Shown: positions 31,245 through 40,535 of the stretch, in pieces
How the letters are laid out: each line of letters opens with the position of its first letter
Numbering within the stretch: the stretch's first letter is position 1
Assembly (NCBI GenBank): GCA_905618805.1
Contig: CAJQSZ010000019.1
Coordinates: 1,054-65,053 of the forward strand
Direction of reading: 5' to 3'
Length of the DNA: 64,000 nt
Source of the DNA: an uncultured Candidatus Pelagibacter sp.
Lineage (GTDB): Bacteria > Pseudomonadota > Alphaproteobacteria > Pelagibacterales > Pelagibacteraceae
Notes under the pieces: generated by a model
What the model was told of the DNA's origin: nothing
Database searches by the model: none
The model's input: only the letters and a program-made list of their open reading frames with translations
Program-made: the position numbers and the translations under genes

Positions 31245-31916
31245 ATGAAAAATATTAAAGCAATAATTTTTGATGCATATGGCACATTATTTAATGTCAA
31301 TTCAGCTGCAGAAAAATGTAAAGATAAAATTGGTGATAAGTGGGAAGGTTTTGCAAATTATTGGAGAACCACTCAATTAGAATACACTTGGCTTAGAAGT
31401 TTAATGAATAGACATAAAGACTTTTGGCAAATCACAGAAGACAGTTTAGATAAATCAATGAAGGCATTTAAAATAGATCCTTTAATGAGAAATGAATTGT
31501 TAGACCTTTATAAAATACTTTCTACTTTTTCAGAAGTTCCAGCGGTTTTAAAAAGCCTTAAGGACAAAAACTATAAACTAGGTATTCTTTCTAATGGGAC
31601 GCCTGCACTTCTTAATGAGCTAGTTAAGAGTAATAATTTAGAAAATATCTTTAATGATATTTTTTCAATTGAAGAAGTTGGAATTTATAAACCAGATTCA
31701 AAAGTTTATGACTTACCAATTAAAAAATATAAGATACCAAAAAATGAAGTTGCATTTTTAAGTGCAAATACTTGGGATGTGTCTGGTGGTGGAAATTATG
31801 GTTACAATGCTATTTGGGTAAACAGAAATAATAATATTTTTGATAATCTTGATTATTTACCAAAAATACAAATAACAAATTTAAAACAACTGCTACCCAA
31901 AATAGAATCTAAGTAA
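31245..31916 (+). CDS. Haloacid dehalogenase type II
   Basis: FDAYGTL, WR..QLEY.W, ILSNG, YKP, SAN.WD..G. Confidence 0.9.
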   Translation: MKNIKAIIFDAYGTLFNVNSAAEKCKDKIGDKWEGFANYWRTTQLEYTWLRSLMNRHKDFWQITEDSLDKSMKAFKIDPLMRNELLDLYKILSTFSEVPAVLKSLKDKNYKLGILSNGTPALLNELVKSNNLENIFNDIFSIEEVGIYKPDSKVYDLPIKKYKIPKNEVAFLSANTWDVSGGGNYGYNAIWVNRNNNIFDNLDYLPKIQITNLKQLLPKIESK

Positions 31917-31918
31917 AC

Positions 31919-32995
31919 CTAAGCCTTATCTCCATAATCAGTCATATGTTTAGGAATTCTTTTATTTTTTCCATACATAAAATGATTTTCCATATTTTCT
32001 CTATATTTGCTTGCTGGTACCTTTAATCCAACAGATTCAGCAACCTCTCTAATTAACATTGGATTGGCTCCACAACACACCCCGAGATAATTTATACCTA
32101 GGTCATTTGCTGTTTTTGCAAACTGCCCAACTTCATATCTATTGCAAAAATGTGGATCTAGTGCTGTTGGAAATGTTCTCCCATGTGGAGATGGACATTC
32201 ACAATTACCTCTATCTGGTAAGTTAAAGAATGTTGGATAATCTTCACTTGTTCTATAGGGAATAGGTAGAGCACCCACATGACACTTCACTGCATTTCTT
32301 ATATCTTTTAAAAAAGGAAGCATCGTTGAAGGGCCTCTAAAACAATTTAAACCAACCACATCTGCCCCTAGTTGTTCTAACTCTTTGCAGGTATCTACTA
32401 CAGATTTTCCATCTCTCATTTTATTTTCACCCATTGGAGAAATTGTTAGAACTGTTGGTAAACCTGTTTTCTTCATTATCTCTAATGCTTTAAATGCTTC
32501 TTCTGCATAATAGAAAGTTTCACCAATCAACATGTCCGCACCTTCCTCAACAGCCCATCCAATCATTTCAGAAAACATAGATTCAACTACTTTTTGAGAT
32601 TCTTTATCATTGTGCTTCCAAATATTTGAGTTTGAAATATTACCTGCCATTAAATTAGGCCTACTTCCTTGGTTGAAGTGTCGCTTTGGTGCATCTAGCG
32701 CAACCTTTTTTGCGATTTTTAATGCTGCACGATTTAAAGGCTCAAGAAGTTCCTCTTTACCAATAACACGCATTTTTTCTCTATGTCCATTATAAGTAAA
32801 GGCCTCAACAATATCCGAACCTGCATGTTGAAACTCTCTATGCAAATTCTCTAGCACCTCAGGATGATCAAGGGATACCATTGGAACAAATTCTCCAGAT
32901 GCCATGTAACCACGTCTTTCTATTTCAAATAAAAAACCTTCAGCGCATATAACAGGTCCATTATCTAATCTTTCTTTTAGTCTATTTGTGCTCAT
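31919..32995 (-). CDS. bhmT: Homocysteine S-methyltransferase (betaine-homocysteine methyltransferase-like)
   Basis: H.EF..AGSDI, GLNC, GVCCG Zn ligands; downstream of SAM riboswitches. Confidence 0.85.
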   Translation of the reverse strand: MSTNRLKERLDNGPVICAEGFLFEIERRGYMASGEFVPMVSLDHPEVLENLHREFQHAGSDIVEAFTYNGHREKMRVIGKEELLEPLNRAALKIAKKVALDAPKRHFNQGSRPNLMAGNISNSNIWKHNDKESQKVVESMFSEMIGWAVEEGADMLIGETFYYAEEAFKALEIMKKTGLPTVLTISPMGENKMRDGKSVVDTCKELEQLGADVVGLNCFRGPSTMLPFLKDIRNAVKCHVGALPIPYRTSEDYPTFFNLPDRGNCECPSPHGRTFPTALDPHFCNRYEVGQFAKTANDLGINYLGVCCGANPMLIREVAESVGLKVPASKYRENMENHFMYGKNKRIPKHMTDYGDKA

Positions 32996-33056
32996 TTTTT
33001 TTCTCCAGATTTTTTGGAGAAAAAAAGTAACGTTCTAACAAGAGGGTTAATTTCAT
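32982..33056 (-). CDS. Putative 24-aa leader peptide MKLTLLLERYFFSPKNLEKKNEHK
   Basis: ATG 11 nt after the SAM-V AAGGAG; overlaps the bhmT start out of frame. Confidence 0.5.
   Translation of the reverse strand: MKLTLLLERYFFSPKNLEKKNEHK
32996..33026 (-). promoter_or_regulatory. 12-bp hairpin sequestering the bhmT RBS
   Basis: mRNA sense UUUUUUUCUCCA-AAAAAUC-UGGAGAAAAAAA directly before AUG; GGAG lies in the stem. Confidence 0.65.
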
Positions 33057-33067
33057 AGGCCTCTTTT

Positions 33068-33123
33068 CTCCTTTTTAGTGCTTAAGCAAAATGCAGGGCG
33101 CACAATATGGTTCAACGGCCCGG
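33068..33123 (-). ncRNA. SAM-V riboswitch
   Basis: GGGCCGUUGAACCAUAUUGUGCGCCCUGCAUUUUGCUUAAGCACUAAAAAGGAG closely matches the SAM-V pattern (GGC..UUGAAC..UAUUGUGCGCC.UGCA...GC..AAGCACUAAAAAGGAG). Confidence 0.9.
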
Positions 33124-33141
33124 TTTAATTTTATAAAAGAT

Positions 33142-33171
33142 AAAAAAAACCACCTATCTAAAGCGGTGGTT
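33142..33171 (-). terminator. Intrinsic terminator between the SAM-II and SAM-V aptamers
   Basis: AACCACC-N10-GGUGGUU followed by a U-run. Confidence 0.85.
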
Positions 33172-33177
33172 AAAACG

Positions 33178-33230
33178 TCGCCTTAGCAGGATTTATAAAG
33201 CGCTCTGCAATTTAACTTAACTCAGCGCTA
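33178..33230 (-). ncRNA. SAM-II riboswitch
   Basis: AGCGCUGAGUUAAGUUAAAUUGCAGAGCGCUUUAUAAAUCCUGCUAA resembles SAM-II (GCGCUGAUUUAA...UUGCAAGCGC..AUAAAU..GCUAA); P1 is AGCGCU/AGCGCU. Confidence 0.8.
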
Positions 33231-33289
33231 AGTTTTTTATACACATTTAATAAATGAAAGATACGGTAATTATTGTTGTAAATTAGTTG

Positions 33290-33649
33290 TTATCTAATTC
33301 TATTTTCTACAAAATTCTTATTTAATTTTACTGAAATTGTACGTGTATTTCTTTTATTCCATTCTGAAAAAGATTTTAATATTGGCATAACCGAAAGACC
33401 GAATTCTGTAAGTGAATACTCAACATTTGGTGGCATTATTTGAATGACTTTTCTATTAACTAATCCATCAGCCTCTAACTCTTTAAGCTGTTTAGATAGC
33501 ATTTGTTGTGTAATGGTTTTCAATACTTTTTTAAACTCACCAAATCTCATTTTTTTTCTTTGTAGTAAGCCAAACAAGATCCTAATTTTCCATTTACCTC
33601 CAAGGAAGTAAACTGCTCTTTCTGCTGGACAATCTATTAAATTTTTCAC
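33290..33649 (-). CDS. HxlR/DUF24 family winged-helix regulator
   Basis: DCPAE N-terminal Cys, GGKWK, RFGE, LS.QLKELE.DGLV.R, PP.VEYSLT; GTG start. Confidence 0.92.
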   Translation of the reverse strand: MKNLIDCPAERAVYFLGGKWKIRILFGLLQRKKMRFGEFKKVLKTITQQMLSKQLKELEADGLVNRKVIQIMPPNVEYSLTEFGLSVMPILKSFSEWNKRNTRTISVKLNKNFVENRIR

Positions 33650-33650
33650 G

Positions 33651-33666
33651 GTATGTTTTTATATAC
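33651..33666. promoter_or_regulatory. Candidate HxlR-family operator (GTAT-N8-ATAC)
   Basis: GTATGTTTTTATATAC inverted repeat in the divergent promoter region. Confidence 0.35.
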
Positions 33667-33743
33667 TAGTATGATTATTATGAGTTATTGCATTATTGAT
33701 AACAAGGTATTATGTACAAGTCAAATTAATTGAAAGGGTAAAT

Positions 33744-33980
33744 ATGACTAAAGGAGAAAGAGCAGGCGATAGTGCAATCGCTGTTGAAGTTGAAAAAGAT
33801 AAATCTTATTATTGGTGTTCGTGTGGAAAAAGTGCAAAACAACCTTTTTGTGATGGATCACATAAAGGGACAGAGTTTACACCACTGGCATACAAGGCTG
33901 AAGAAACTAAAAAAATGTTTTTTTGTGCTTGTAAACAAACTAACAATCAGCCATTTTGTGATGGATCACATAATAAATAA
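33744..33980 (+). CDS. Tandem CDGSH iron-sulfur domain protein
   Basis: Two CxC..(S/T)..QPFCDGSH motifs; ATG 33744. Confidence 0.93.
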   Translation: MTKGERAGDSAIAVEVEKDKSYYWCSCGKSAKQPFCDGSHKGTEFTPLAYKAEETKKMFFCACKQTNNQPFCDGSHNK

Positions 33981-33991
33981 CAAAGGATAAA

Positions 33992-34402
33992 ATGCAGAAT
34001 TTAAATAATAAAATTAACAGTTTTTTTTCAAATATTGATGCACTAGCTTCTTTAATTTTTAGGTTTGGAATTGGTGTGGCTTTTATCATTCATGGTGCAA
34101 AAAAATTTCCATTACCTCCTCAGGGATTAATTGAATATTTTGGTCTGTCACCTATGTTAGCATCAACAGTTGCTTTATCTGAACTGTTGACAGGATTGGT
34201 ATTAATAATAAGTGGTTTTATTAAAAATCCTTTTGGAAATATACTCACAAGACTATCAGGACTTAATATAACTATCTTAATGATCACTATACTCATCTTT
34301 GCTCACAAAGACTGGTTTTTCACAACAAAACTATTTACTAGTGAGCAAATATTTCTTTTAATTGGTGGAGTTTATTTTTTAATTAAAGGTAATCGAACAT
34401 AA
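33992..34402 (+). CDS. DoxX family membrane protein
   Basis: R...G..FI.HG..K, E..G motifs; four TMs. Confidence 0.8.
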   Translation: MQNLNNKINSFFSNIDALASLIFRFGIGVAFIIHGAKKFPLPPQGLIEYFGLSPMLASTVALSELLTGLVLIISGFIKNPFGNILTRLSGLNITILMITILIFAHKDWFFTTKLFTSEQIFLLIGGVYFLIKGNRT

Positions 34403-34404
34403 GC

Positions 34405-35244
34405 ATGAGTCAAATCAAAGTAGAAAAAATAATAGAACCGGTTGCAGCATCAGATGGTGCTGGTGTTAAATTAAAAAGAAGTATTGGTACTCATCTTATT
34501 GATTATCATGATCCTTTTTTAATGTTGGATGAGTTTGGTTCTGAGAATAAAGATGATTATATTGGAGGCTTCCCTCCTCACCCTCACAGAGGAATTGAAA
34601 CTGTAACTTATATGCTAAGTGGTGAATTTGAGCATGAAGATAGCACTGGTGCTAAAGGTAAAATGTCTTCAGGAGATGTTCAGTGGATGAAAACTGGTGG
34701 TGGAATAATTCATTCTGAAATGCCTGCAATGACAGAAGGTAAACTTCATGGCTTTCAATTGTGGGTAAATATGCCTGCTAAATTAAAAATGAACAAACCT
34801 GAATACATTTATATTGATGCAGATAAAATGAGTATTCATAAAGATGCTGATAAAATAGTTAAAGTAATTGCTGGAAAATTTGAAAATGCAGAAGGACCTG
34901 TTAAGGGCCATAACGTTGAGCCAGTTTACTTTGATGTAGAGATTAAAGAAGGTAAAGAGTTTAATTTTGATCTGCCTTCAACTCATAATTCTTTAATTTA
35001 TTTAATTGATGGAGAAATTAAGGTTGGGGACCAAAATCATGAACAAGCTAAAAATTCTACTTTAATTATTTTGTCTAGAGGTGAAAAGTTGAAAGTATCT
35101 AGCTTAACAAAGGCTAAGTTTTTAGTAATATCTGGTAAACCAATTGGTGAACCTATTGCAAGAGGTGGTCCATTTGTAATGAATACTAAAGCTGAAATCT
35201 TGCAAGCAGTGCAAGATTATCACAACGGTACATTTGTCAAATAA
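34405..35244 (+). CDS. Pirin family protein
   Basis: DPFLMLD, GFPPHPHRGIETVTY, QWM..G.GI.HSE, GPFVMNT. Confidence 0.95.
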   Translation: MSQIKVEKIIEPVAASDGAGVKLKRSIGTHLIDYHDPFLMLDEFGSENKDDYIGGFPPHPHRGIETVTYMLSGEFEHEDSTGAKGKMSSGDVQWMKTGGGIIHSEMPAMTEGKLHGFQLWVNMPAKLKMNKPEYIYIDADKMSIHKDADKIVKVIAGKFENAEGPVKGHNVEPVYFDVEIKEGKEFNFDLPSTHNSLIYLIDGEIKVGDQNHEQAKNSTLIILSRGEKLKVSSLTKAKFLVISGKPIGEPIARGGPFVMNTKAEILQAVQDYHNGTFVK

Positions 35245-36218
35245 TGAAAACAATTAAAATAGAAAAATTTGGTGGTCCTGAATTATTAGAAATTAAAGAT
35301 ATTGAAATTGGCAAACCAGGTCCAAAAGAAGTTCTTATAAAAAATTTATCAATTGGTCTTAACTATATTGATGTTTATCACCGAACAGGCTTGTACCCTA
35401 TTCCTCTTCCAAGTGGAATTGGCTTAGAAGCTTGTGGAATAATTGAAGAAATAGGTTCTGAAGTCGATTTATTTAAAGTTGGAGATAGAGTGGCTCACTC
35501 TTCAATGCCAATTGGAAGTTATTCAGAAAAACAATTATTTCCTCAAGAAAAACTAGTTTTAGTTCCAGGGGGAATTTCAGATGAAATTGCATCTTGCGTT
35601 ATGCTTAAAGGAATTACTGCTGAATATTTATTACACAGAGCTTACCCAATTAAAAAAGGTGATAAAGTTTTATACCATGCGGCAGCTGGTGGTGTTGGCC
35701 AAATTTTATGTCAGTGGGCTAATGCATTAGGAGCTGAAGTTATTGGAACAGTTGGCTCAAAGGAAAAGGAAGCTATTGCTAAAAAAAATGGCTGTCATCA
35801 CGTAATAAATTATACTGATACAAACTTTGTTGAAGAAGTAGAAAAGATTGTAGGCAAAAATGGTGTTGATGTTGTCTATGATGGCGTTGGTATAAAAACA
35901 TTTGATGGATCGATTGAAACATTAAAAGTCAGAGGCATGATGGTAGCGTTTGGTAATGCATCAGGTTACGTTGATACTATAGATGTTAAGAAACATATTA
36001 ACGCAAAAGGTTTGTTTTTTACTCGTCCATCAATTGCACATTATACAATGACAAGAGAAGAATTAGTTGAATCTGCAAAAAAAGTTTTTGATGCCGTATT
36101 AACTGGAAAGTTTAAAGTTGAAATTTTTAAGAAATATTCTCTTAGTGATGCAAAAAAAGCTCATGAAGAATTAGAGGCAAGATTGTTAACAGGACCTGCT
36201 GTAATTATTCCTAACTAA
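35244..36218 (+). CDS. qor: NADPH:quinone oxidoreductase (zeta-crystallin family)
   Basis: GGPE.L, GLNYIDVY.RTGLYP, HAAAGGVG, VYDGVG, FGNASG. Confidence 0.9.
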   Translation: MKTIKIEKFGGPELLEIKDIEIGKPGPKEVLIKNLSIGLNYIDVYHRTGLYPIPLPSGIGLEACGIIEEIGSEVDLFKVGDRVAHSSMPIGSYSEKQLFPQEKLVLVPGGISDEIASCVMLKGITAEYLLHRAYPIKKGDKVLYHAAAGGVGQILCQWANALGAEVIGTVGSKEKEAIAKKNGCHHVINYTDTNFVEEVEKIVGKNGVDVVYDGVGIKTFDGSIETLKVRGMMVAFGNASGYVDTIDVKKHINAKGLFFTRPSIAHYTMTREELVESAKKVFDAVLTGKFKVEIFKKYSLSDAKKAHEELEARLLTGPAVIIPN

Positions 36219-36619
36219 TCTAAATCAACATCCATGTCAGACATGTGCCATTTAAGTGCATTTGTAGATACCTGAATTTCTCTTAAAAAAACAACAATTG
36301 AGATCATCATAGATAAACAACAAGACCCAAAAATTATTCTTGCTACGAAAATTTCATTTAAATAAAGAGCGAAAACAGTTAGTAGATTAAATAAAAGACC
36401 AAATGCAGCAAACATAATTGTCCATTTTAATAAAACTATTCTTCCATTTAAATTAATAAATTGTTTTTTCCACTCAGGTGGAATGTGATTTTCATACACA
36501 TGTTCGTCATGAAGCTGCCTAATAAGCTTACTTAGTGAATGAAATCTATTACTATAGATGTTCATAAGCAAGGGTATTGCTGGAAACATTAATGCTGTTA
36601 CTGTGTAATCTATATTCAT
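36215..36619 (-). CDS. DUF2721-like membrane protein
   Basis: ALMFPAIPLL...YSNRF..L..LIR.LH, F..EI..S..AL pattern. Confidence 0.7.
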   Translation of the reverse strand: MNIDYTVTALMFPAIPLLMNIYSNRFHSLSKLIRQLHDEHVYENHIPPEWKKQFINLNGRIVLLKWTIMFAAFGLLFNLLTVFALYLNEIFVARIIFGSCCLSMMISIVVFLREIQVSTNALKWHMSDMDVDLD

Positions 36620-36671
36620 ACGAATCAGTTTGATTATGAAACTAGCCTTTGTTACTTACAAGTAAATTATT

Positions 36672-37535
36672 ATGAAACAATTAAAACTTTTTATTGAATT
36701 AATTAGATTAAAAAAGCCAATTGGTTTTATGCTTTTATTTTGGCCCTGTGCATGGGGATTAACACTTTCATATGAATTTTCAAATAATCTTAATTATTAT
36801 TATTTTTATCTAACATTATTTTTTTTAGGCTCAGTTCTAATGCGTTCTGCTGGATGTATTGTAAATGATATTCTAGATAAAGAATTTGATAAAAAAGTTT
36901 CTAGAACAAAAAATAGACCTATAGCGTCAGGAAAAGTTTCTATAAAGCTTGGCTTAACCTATGTGATTTTTTTATGCTTCGTCGCACTATTGGTTTTATT
37001 AAATTTCAATACTTTTACTATTATGTTAGCTTTAGGTTCCATGCCATTAGCGTTCAGCTATCCACTGATGAAAAGGTATACTTACTGGCCACAGCTTTTT
37101 TTAGGAATTACTTTTAATTATGGCTTAATTCTTGGATGGGTTTGCATCACAAATAAAATCGAGTTAGTACCAATAATACTTTATATAGGAGCCATATTTT
37201 GGACACTAGGTTTCGACACAATATATGGGTACCAAGATATAAAGGATGATGAAATAATAGGAGTAAAATCAACATCGATAAAATTTAAAAAAAATCCAAA
37301 ATTATTTTTGATAATATGTTATTCAATCTTTGTAGTATCTCTAATTACAACTGGTTTTTTTATGAAGTTTAATTCAATGTTTTATCTTAGTTTATCTATT
37401 CCAATTTTACATTTATTTTTTTATCAAATTTATAATTTTAATTTTAAAGATACAAAAAACAGTTTGAAAATTTTCAAAACTAATAACCTACTTGGTGTAA
37501 TTGTTTTGTTTAATATTCTGATTGGGAAAATTTGA
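36672..37535 (+). CDS. ubiA: 4-hydroxybenzoate polyprenyltransferase
   Basis: R..KPIG, MRSAGC.VND..D..FD..V.RT..RP, YP.MKR.T.WPQ, DTIY..QD. Confidence 0.95.
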   Translation: MKQLKLFIELIRLKKPIGFMLLFWPCAWGLTLSYEFSNNLNYYYFYLTLFFLGSVLMRSAGCIVNDILDKEFDKKVSRTKNRPIASGKVSIKLGLTYVIFLCFVALLVLLNFNTFTIMLALGSMPLAFSYPLMKRYTYWPQLFLGITFNYGLILGWVCITNKIELVPIILYIGAIFWTLGFDTIYGYQDIKDDEIIGVKSTSIKFKKNPKLFLIICYSIFVVSLITTGFFMKFNSMFYLSLSIPILHLFFYQIYNFNFKDTKNSLKIFKTNNLLGVIVLFNILIGKI

Positions 37536-37542
37536 AATATTA

Positions 37543-39285
37543 ATGAAAAAAATAGACATTTTAAAAAGACTTTATTTTGAATACACAAAGAAACACATAA
37601 AAAAAATATCATTATCTTTATTTTTTGCATTATTGGTTGCTGGTAGTACCTCTGCAATTGCGTATCTTTTAGATCCAGCAATAAAGAAAATATTTATTGA
37701 AAAAGATCAGACTCTCATAATTATTATTCCAATTTGTATTGTTGTTGCCTTTGCAACAAAAGGTCTATCTTTATATTTAGCAAAAATTCTAATGATAGGA
37801 GTTTCAGAAGAAGTGAGGAAAGATTTACAGTGTGATATGTTGGGTAATCTAATTTCTGCTGATACAAAATTAATTGACGGTAAGCATACTGGAAAATTTA
37901 TATCTATCTTAACTAATGATGTTGCTCACATAACAAATTTAATTAGTAACGCTGTTCTTAATTTATTTAAAGATAGTCTAACATTGATAGGTCTTCTTAC
38001 AGTTATGTTTTTTCAAAACTGGCAACTTTCCTTGATAGCCATCATAATGATTCCTTTGGCTTCTCTTGCTGCTAAAACTTTAGGAAAGAGAATTGGAAAA
38101 GTTGCAACTGAACAAATGTTGAAAGCTGGAATACTTAATACTTATTTAATAGAGTTGTTCAAAAACCACAAACTAATTAAAATCTTTCAACAAGAAAAAT
38201 ATGAAAACACTCGGGCTGATAAATTTATAAACGATGTAAAAGAAAAAACAAAAAAAATTGCAACTGTATTTGTGAGATCTTCACCAATAATGGAAACTCT
38301 CACAGGAATTATGATTGCAATATTAATTTTTTATTCTGGAAAACTTGTTTTAAAAAATGAGATAGAGGTTAATAACTTTTTTTCATTCCTTGCAGCAATG
38401 ATGTTGGCATATCAGCCTGTAAGATCACTCGCGACTATGAATATTACAATCAGCCAGGGTCTTTCGGCTGCAATGCGAATATTGCCAGTTATTGATGAAA
38501 AATCAAAACTGATTGAAAATAATGGTGATTTAGAAATTAAGATCAACAAAGGTGACATTGAATTCAAAAATGTTTTTTTCAAATACGATGAGGAAAGAGA
38601 AAAAAATACGCTAGATTCTATTAGTTTAAAGCTATCGGGTGGTAAGATGACATCTATTGTGGGCCATAGTGGTGCTGGTAAATCTACAATATTAAACCTG
38701 ATCCCTAGATTCTACGACATAGATTCGGGAGATATAAAGATTGATAATCAATCAATATATAAATCAACAATAAATTCCTTAAGAAAAAATATTTCGCTAG
38801 TGAGTCAAGATACAACTTTGTTTGATGATACTATTAGAAGCAATATTGCTTATGCTAATTTAAATGCAACACAAGAAGAAATAGAGGAAGCAGCAAAACA
38901 TTCTTATGCTGATGAATTCATAGAAAAACTTCCAAATAAATATGAAACAATTATTGGTGAAAATGGAACAAGATTATCGGGTGGTGAAAAACAAAGATTA
39001 TCCATAGCGCGTGCAATGCTAAAAAAAAGTCAAATAATTCTTTTAGATGAAGCAACCTCTTCGCTGGACGCCGAAACTGAAAGTAAAATTCAAGAAGCTA
39101 TCAATTTTTTAACAAAAAATAGAACAACAATTGTTATAGCGCATAGACTTTCAACAATATTAAGTTCTGATAAAATCTACGTAATAGATTCTGGAAAAAT
39201 TGCTGGTGAGGGTACTCATGAAGAGCTATTAATTAATTCAACTGTTTATAAAAGTTTTTATGAAAAACAAATTAGAAAAATTTGA
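37543..39285 (+). CDS. ABC exporter, MsbA-like (TMD+NBD)
   Basis: Six-TM domain, GHSGAGKST, LSGGEKQR, LLDEATSSLD; upstream of waaA-lpxK. Confidence 0.85.
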   Translation: MKKIDILKRLYFEYTKKHIKKISLSLFFALLVAGSTSAIAYLLDPAIKKIFIEKDQTLIIIIPICIVVAFATKGLSLYLAKILMIGVSEEVRKDLQCDMLGNLISADTKLIDGKHTGKFISILTNDVAHITNLISNAVLNLFKDSLTLIGLLTVMFFQNWQLSLIAIIMIPLASLAAKTLGKRIGKVATEQMLKAGILNTYLIELFKNHKLIKIFQQEKYENTRADKFINDVKEKTKKIATVFVRSSPIMETLTGIMIAILIFYSGKLVLKNEIEVNNFFSFLAAMMLAYQPVRSLATMNITISQGLSAAMRILPVIDEKSKLIENNGDLEIKINKGDIEFKNVFFKYDEEREKNTLDSISLKLSGGKMTSIVGHSGAGKSTILNLIPRFYDIDSGDIKIDNQSIYKSTINSLRKNISLVSQDTTLFDDTIRSNIAYANLNATQEEIEEAAKHSYADEFIEKLPNKYETIIGENGTRLSGGEKQRLSIARAMLKKSQIILLDEATSSLDAETESKIQEAINFLTKNRTTIVIAHRLSTILSSDKIYVIDSGKIAGEGTHEELLINSTVYKSFYEKQIRKI

Positions 39286-40535
39286 TGTTCTTTGCCTATA
39301 GAGTATTAGCCAACTTAATTTTTTTATTCTCCCCTTTAATTATTTTAATCAGATTAATAAAAAGGAAAGAGCATCTTACAAGGTTTAAGGAAAAATTTTC
39401 AATTCATACAAAAAAAAGACAAACAGGAAAACTAATATGGTTTCATGGAGCAAGTATTGGAGAAATATTAAGTGTAATTCCTTTAATAAAAAAATTAGAG
39501 AAAGAAAAAAATATAAAGCAAATTTTGATTACCTCAAATACATTGAGCTCTTCAGAGGTTCTATCTAATTTTAAATTAAAAAAAACTATTCATCAATTTT
39601 TTCCAATAGATACCAATCACCATAGTATTAAGTTTTTGAATTACTGGAAGCCCTCTGTTGCAATTTTTATAGACTCTGAAATTTGGCCCAACATGCTTGA
39701 TAATATTAAGAAACGATCATTATCATTAATTTTAATAAATGCGAGGATTACTGATAAATCTTTTAAAAATTGGAAGATGCTTAACTCAAGTGCAAGAAAT
39801 ATTTTTAAAAAATTTGATATTTGTCTATCTTCAAGTCTTAAGTCTAAGAATTATTTAAAATTACTTGGTGCAAGAAATATAAAATATATTGGGAATTTAA
39901 AATTTTCTCAAATCGAAAATAGTAAAATAGATTTAAATAAAAATATCAAAAAATTTTTCATAACAAAAAAAATATGGTGTGCTTCAAGTACACATGATAG
40001 TGAAGAAAAAATTTTTGCTGTAACCCATAAAAAACTTAAATCTAAATATAAAAATTTACTAACAATTATTATTCCAAGACACATACATAGGGCCAATAAG
40101 ATTAAGGATGAAATACAAGGATTAAATCTAAAAGTTCATATGCATGATTCAGAAAAAAAAATTGATCCTCAAACAGACATATATTTAGTAAATAGTTTTG
40201 GTCAAACAAAGTCCTTTTTTAAAATTTGCAAAGTTGTTTTTTTAGGTGGGTCAATAATTAAACACGGAGGCCAGAATCCACTAGAGGCTGTCAGGTATGG
40301 CTGCAATGTAATTCACGGTCCAAATATATGGAATTTTGCGGAAATTTATTCTCTATTAAGAAAATATGAAATTTCTTATAAAATTATGAATCAAGATCAA
40401 TTAACGGATAAGATTGATAAAATATTCAATATGAAAACTAACACTAAAAATATAGAAATTAAAATTAAAAGGTTGGGAGATAAAATTTTAAATTCTACTT
40501 TTAATGAGATAAACTATTTCATTAAGCATAAATGA
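39282..40535 (+). CDS. waaA: 3-deoxy-D-manno-octulosonic acid transferase
   Basis: IWFHGASIGE, SEIWP, INAR, ASSTH..EE, PRH, GGQNPLE. Confidence 0.92.
   Translation: MMFFAYRVLANLIFLFSPLIILIRLIKRKEHLTRFKEKFSIHTKKRQTGKLIWFHGASIGEILSVIPLIKKLEKEKNIKQILITSNTLSSSEVLSNFKLKKTIHQFFPIDTNHHSIKFLNYWKPSVAIFIDSEIWPNMLDNIKKRSLSLILINARITDKSFKNWKMLNSSARNIFKKFDICLSSSLKSKNYLKLLGARNIKYIGNLKFSQIENSKIDLNKNIKKFFITKKIWCASSTHDSEEKIFAVTHKKLKSKYKNLLTIIIPRHIHRANKIKDEIQGLNLKVHMHDSEKKIDPQTDIYLVNSFGQTKSFFKICKVVFLGGSIIKHGGQNPLEAVRYGCNVIHGPNIWNFAEIYSLLRKYEISYKIMNQDQLTDKIDKIFNMKTNTKNIEIKIKRLGDKILNSTFNEINYFIKHK

Noticed and set aside
33772-33990. 72-aa overlapping ORF
   Set aside because: Out-of-frame shadow of the CDGSH gene
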